Assembly (NCBI GenBank): GCA_002269645.1 | Contig: NIVC01000319.1 | Location: 248,001 to 312,000, forward strand | Reading direction: 5' to 3' | Source: Macrostomum lignano | Lineage: Eukaryota | Length of the DNA: 64,000 nt | Shown here: in pieces, positions 58,640 to 64,000 of the stretch | Layout of the letters: the number at the start of each line of letters is the position of its first letter | Position numbering within the stretch: position 1 is the first letter of the stretch | Translations under genes and position numbers: made by a program | The notes under the pieces: model-generated | What the model saw: the letters and a program-made list of their open reading frames with translations, nothing else | Databases searched by the model: none | Told to the model about the DNA's origin: nothing

Positions 58640-60893
58640 GCAATCATATCAACAGCGCACAACAATCTCTTTCAAGTGCTGCGCTTTATTCCGACTGTGC
58701 CATGCGATCCGTTTGAATTGCTTCGTGAGACCAAAGACGCCATTGGACAGGTGCTTGAATTGCGACTCGACTCTTCTGATGGCCAGTCTGTTTGCGCACA
58801 ACTCAAGCTCAACTTTCGCATGACTAGACTAGCTGGAACGGATGTATTGCCTATTAACGCTGAAAATAAGTACATCGCACACCACCTGGTATGTCTTAAT
58901 GGCATATGCGAGTTTAAGAACTGGTGGATGCAGAAATTTGCTGAGCTTGAGCGCAAAATTGACGTTTACAATTCTAATGGCAGTGGATGGGTTGTTGATG
59001 GTCTCAACCACGTCGATCTGTGCAGTGCCTTGTCCGACTGCATTCGATACTATTCAGGTAGATGCAGTGAATTTTCCTTGCCTATTGAGCTACTAAATAA
59101 AAAGGCTCTCATTAATCCACCGAGTAATGGAAATGACTGTTTCCGCTTTGCCTGCTCGGCTTATCTTCATTGTGATGATCCCACCGTGAAGAAGTCGGGT
59201 CACAGATTGTCGACTTAAAAACTGGGAGGCGGAAATTGATTTGACAGGTATTAATCTGCCAGTCTCAATAAGTGACCTAGAAGCGATTGAGCAGAGAAAC
59301 AAAGAAATTCGTTTCATGGTTCTAACATGGAAGAATTCGGAGCCTTCAGTGATCCGCCAACTCAGGGCACAATTGGCAACACCTCGGAAGATTGTGCTAC
59401 TCATGTTGGTGCAGTCAACATTGTCTCACAGGGACTCAGAAGATAGCAGTGAAGAGGATGACGAGCAGGAAAATGATGGGATCGACACCAACAATCTTGC
59501 CCACTGGTGTACGGTGTCAAGCCTCGATTGGTTGTTCGACAGCAAAGGGGGTTTTCAAAATCGAAAGTGGTGTGAACGATGCTTGAATAATTTTCGAACC
59601 GAAAAAGATCTATAATCACACCAAGTGCATTGCAATCTCCAACATTCGATCTCCATTAAGGAGATTATGCCTGAGTCAGAAAGTTCCTGCCTGCACTTCA
59701 AGTCCAGGGAGACGACACTGAGCCTTCCTTTTGTCGTCTACGCCGACTTTGAAGTACTCAACATTCCAACTACTGCTGTAGATGATGCATCAATCACAAA
59801 GCTAACAGAGCACGTGCCAGCTGCTGCAGGCTACATCACAATCTCCCGAGAGAGAATTAGCCAGTTGCGTAGGCTTTGCGAGGATGTAGCTCTGTTTTGC
59901 AGTTCTGATGCACACGCATGCATCAAGGAATTTTTTATGTCTCTGGAGCAGTTGGCTCGAAAAGTTTATGACTGAAACAAGGAGTTCAGTCATAAGCCAG
60001 CCGTTAAACATGAATCAGACATTAGAAAATTTAATGAGGCTGTTCGCTGCCAACTATTGTGAAGAAAGTATTCTCTGTTCTAGTGAGAAGCACTAGGACC
60101 ACGATCACTTGACTAGTGCGTTCCTTGGTGCTGCCTGCAGTTCATGCAACAAACTCGCCAGACTAAAGCGCCACTTTCTACCAGTTGTTCTACACAACTT
60201 GCGTGGCAATGATCTGCACCTCATCTTCTCAACCGCCCTTGGCAATAAGCCTGGCTGGAAAATCAGCATCATCCCGCAAACAGCCAAGGCATACCTATCA
60301 ATGCAGGTTAAAATCGATGAATATGAAAAGGATAGTAAGATGAGGCCACTAAACTTTATGCTTCAGTTTATCGACAGCTTGCAGTTTTTACATAGTAGCA
60401 TTGCACAACTAATTGCAAATTTGCTGAAGATATGTGCATAGTGATGGCTCGAATGCGTGAGCATTTCCCAAATATAAGCCATGAAGTCCATTTTTCAAAG
60501 GGAGTATTCCCATACAAATATCTTTCTGATAGTCATGTACTCAGTGATACACAACTGCCTAGCTGAGAGCAATTTTTCAATTGATTGAAATGCAGCATAC
60601 CAGAGTATGAGCATGCTCAAGAAACATGGTGTGAATTCAATGCAGTTAACTTGCGTCATTATATGCTCTGCTACCTTGAGTTGGATATCCGTCAACTTGC
60701 GGATATTTTTGAGAATTTCCGCCGGCTCAGCCTCCGAGAAGATGGACTAGATCTGGTCCATTTTGTATTAACACCTGGGCTTTCATTTGCTTCCACCCTA
60801 AAGTCACTTTGTGGCATTGCAAAGGAAGGCATTCAGCTTTTGAGTGACAAAATGGATCAAACCTTTGAGCGAGGCATTTGTGGTGGCATGTGA
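58640..60893 (+). pseudogene. Decayed Polinton/Maverick- or adintovirus-type protein-primed DNA polymerase B (N-terminal half and exonuclease)
   Basis: Collinear motifs across several broken ORFs: NGSGW, NDCFRFA, CERCLNNF..HC, FVVYADFE, HDHLT..LGAACSSCN (endonuclease VII-like), HNLRGND.HLI, FIDSLQF..SI, KGVFPY, YLELDIRQLADIFENFR, GLDLVHF..PGLSF, ERGICGG. Multiple stops and frameshifts; palm motifs absent. Confidence 0.85.
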
Positions 60894-62094
60894 TTTATCA
60901 ATATTCATCATGTACAGGCATTTCAATCATGCCTGTTTTTACCTAGGCAACCTGCCCAAAATACATATTTATCTAAATTCTACTATACAAGCATAGCTAG
61001 TCATTGGTCAATTTAATCTAGCCATTTGCAGTATAATGTGTATGTAGCTTAGTATTTGTATAGACAAAATGACATTTTCTAGGTTGGAATGATTTAAATT
61101 TAGATAGCAAACTATGAAAATAATAGCCTGTAATTAGCCCTGCTATTGCACCAATAATTGAGGGGTTTTGTTGCCTTTAGACTTCATATGAAAAAGCAAA
61201 TGCATAATATTCATCTAACACTTAGGCCTTATATAGCAAAAAACTAAAACTAAAAGGCTATACCAAAATGGTTCTATTATCTATTAAAATGCTCTAGCTT
61301 TCTAAATAGGCCTACCTTGAAAAAAACATAAGTAGATAATAGACATTAAAAAAATGGCAAACAACAAAAAACAAACTTGCAAGAATTTTTTTGCTTAGAT
61401 ATATAAATATTTTACTTATCAAATAAACATTGAATATAGTTCATTCTTATTTAGGCATAGGCTAGTTTAGTTTTATAATTTTATAATATTTGCAATACTA
61501 GGGCCTAATAGGTCTTATTTTTCTAATATATTTTGTAAAATTTAGGCCTCTTTAAGGATTTAGGAGCCTATTTAATTTTTTGACATTAATAGGCCAAGTC
61601 CAAAAAATGATAAGAAAAAACTTGAGGCCTCTTTCAAACTTAAAATTAGGCCTAGCTAGGCTATTTTATGACTAAATAAGTAAACTTAGGCCTAGTTGCC
61701 TAATTAGATTTAAAGCCTGGGCTTATAATATTTACAAGGTCTGAGGTCTAGGGTTTACATATAGATATAGACTATTATTTTGTGATTGTCAATTGAGGTG
61801 GCCCCAAAAAGGGCTGCTTTAGTGAAAGCAATGCCATTCTATAATAGTTTATTTGATGTCATTTTCTGCCATTTAGATGGTCTCATACTCTAATGTCTGC
61901 TTATAGTAATTCTTATAATAATGCTTAGTAAGCATATATATAATGCTCAATAATGCATAGTAATGCTTATATGTTTTTTGTCTTCATCATTTGATCCTAA
62001 GACTGTGTCATCTTAAGCCTAGGCCTAATTGTCACAGTTTAGTTAGTATATTGTGATATATGCCATCAATTTACCATTTAGTCAAGTATTCTTT

Positions 62095-62808
62095 CCATAG
62101 TCCGGATCATGGCCTGTACACCAAATTAATTTGGCATACAGTCACCCCTTGCTAACCTTATTGGTATACATTGGCGTACAACCAAAAAATTGGGCCCTAC
62201 CTATTGGCGTGAGTGGCGTATACGTTGTTGCTGTTGCAACTTGCAATGTAATGTACATAAACATTGGTATTTTTTAGGAATTTGCACGAAAATTTAAAAT
62301 ATATTCCCATCTATTGTTTTATTGAATAATTTTAATATTCTAATAAAACTTGCTGCTAGAGGCATAATATATATTTTACTTGCTTGCAGTATAACAGGGA
62401 TATATATAACATAGGTGTAACTGTATTTAAATTGCGATATGCTCCATTTTTTGTTAACTATTAACTGATTTCTGATTAATGCTAACTGATTAACTGATTA
62501 TTTTCTAACTGAAACTGACTGGCATTAAGATGAAAGTTAAGACTAAAGTTGAAAGTTAAAGTTTTTGTCAAACTCTGTAAAGCTGAAAGCACAGTCAAGT
62601 AGGTCTACTAGTATATAGTGTACTATTGATATCTTGGAGTTGGAAACTATTCAACTTTTCATTGAATAGTTTTGAAGTAGAAAATTTGTACCTGTAAAAG
62701 TGGCGTACAGTTAGGGAAGGCAGAAAAAAATTGGCGTACATTGGCGTACAAACTGTGGATCTATCAAGTTTTAGTTTGACGTGCACCCTGCCATGATCTG
62801 GACTATGG
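62095..62808. mobile_element. Non-autonomous DNA transposon, 714 bp, 19-bp TIR and 8-bp TSD
   Basis: TIR CCATAGTCCGGATCATGGC (62095-62113) versus the reverse complement of 62790-62808, one mismatch. TSD TATTCTTT at 62087-62094 and 62809-62816. Repeated TGGCGTACA motifs near both ends. Confidence 0.9.
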
Positions 62809-64000
62809 TATTCTTTTGGCAATAAACTAGGCCCTAAACCAATAGTAAAAGACAAAGCCAAGTCCAAATGTCTCCTAAATTAAAAAAACGTAGGAATAAT
62901 ATAGTTATAGTATACTATTACTAGAGCTATCCTAGGCATAAGGCCTCTAGAGAACTTATTTTGTCATATAAAACTATATTAGGGCCCTACTACTATATTA
63001 TAGAGATAATTTCAACTTAGGCTTAAAATTTCAATGTGTAATAAAAGAGGAAAACATAATAATTATAATTATAATTTATAATGAAATTATAGGCCCTAAT
63101 TTAAAAAAATATTATAACTAGGAGCTAGGACTAGGCATAGTAGCTAGGCCCTAGCCTATGCCTAGAGGCTAGGGCGCCTATGGATATAATTTGTAAAAAT
63201 CTATGCATTCAATTAATAAGTACGGCCTACATTATTAGAGTATGTCTATGATGCTGATCAAATTATCTAGATTGTGACAATTTTCTCAGATTTAATCTAA
63301 CCTTTTTGTTAGCGTCCAGATTAGCTAATATCAGGATCAAAAACACATCATAGACACACGACACTCGCTCGCGCCACTAAAGCTAAAGGTGGCCGACTTG
63401 CGGTCGGCCGGCGGCTTGTCCGTTGTCCGGCTGCTTTGAGCTCGGACTTACTGGCGGTTTCTATTTTTTTGAAAGTTGAGTTCGCGCCACACTACGAGTA
63501 AGGTCTATAACTCAGTATATCATTTTTCGAAGATAGGCAAAAAAACAGCCACATAGCATTGCCTGATAGTAAAATATTTTTGAAAAACGTACCAAGAACT
63601 TGATAAAGACAGATTTAATAGTTAGAATCGTCACTTACACTTACTCCACACTAGGGGAAAATTTTCTTTTACAGATATCGTTCGAGAGCCTCAGCTCCTG
63701 TCAATGACTCAAGGTTGTTTTAAAACTTGAAAAAAGATATTGATTGAATGATTCCAGAAGGGAGCAATTATTTCATGCAGATATGCTTTTGCGCAGCTGA
63801 CTATAATTTCGGAATACATGTACATGTACATTCGCGGTACGCCAGAGAGGCAAAGTAAACTTCCGCCAAAATACAGGCCCGCTCCCTCCGGCCCCCATTT
63901 TGGTTGGTCTTGACCCACGATCCCTCACCGGTTTTTGGTTGGCACCACAGAAGACTCGATTAGCACACTTCCTCTTCAGGGCACTTCTGAAGTTAAGATC

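Noticed and set aside
63391-63409. GC-rich hairpin GGCCGAC-TTGCG-GTCGGCC as a possible Helitron 3' end
   Set aside because: No CTRR terminus follows at the expected distance and no 5' TC end was identified.

Overview
Eukaryotic (metazoan) genomic DNA. Its style is GC-rich exons, short minisatellite-filled introns and AT-rich flanks, which fits a free-living flatworm such as Macrostomum; this is an inference, not shown by the sequence. Seven protein-coding genes can be assembled by hand. Three are on the + strand: GPATCH3 (5 exons, no in-frame genomic ATG), a 2-exon 207-aa secreted orphan, and an intronless 1120-aa channel with ankyrin repeats fused to a TRPM-type core. Four are on the - strand: an intronless secreted PAN + LamG-like protein, and a co-directional trio of SMARCC1/2-like, VPS41 and an SNX19-like PXA-PX-PXC sorting nexin that looks like a trans-spliced operon. 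Mobile DNA includes a very young full-length Ty3/Gypsy LTR element (identical 212-bp LTRs, 5-bp TSD) inside a minisatellite, two non-autonomous DNA transposons with 8-bp TSDs, older foldback/MITE remnants, a tRNA-derived SINE, a LINE 3' fragment, and a decayed Polinton/adintovirus-type protein-primed DNA polymerase. About 25 distinct minisatellite arrays fill 19 of the 23 introns in the four large genes and several intergenic gaps. Most long ORFs in the supplied track are repeat artefacts. The strongest novelty candidates are the ankyrin-TRPM chimera, the start-codon-less GPATCH3 that could take its AUG from the spliced leader, and the putative operon. Exon coordinates were derived by eye from GT-AG sites and frame continuity; no database search was run.
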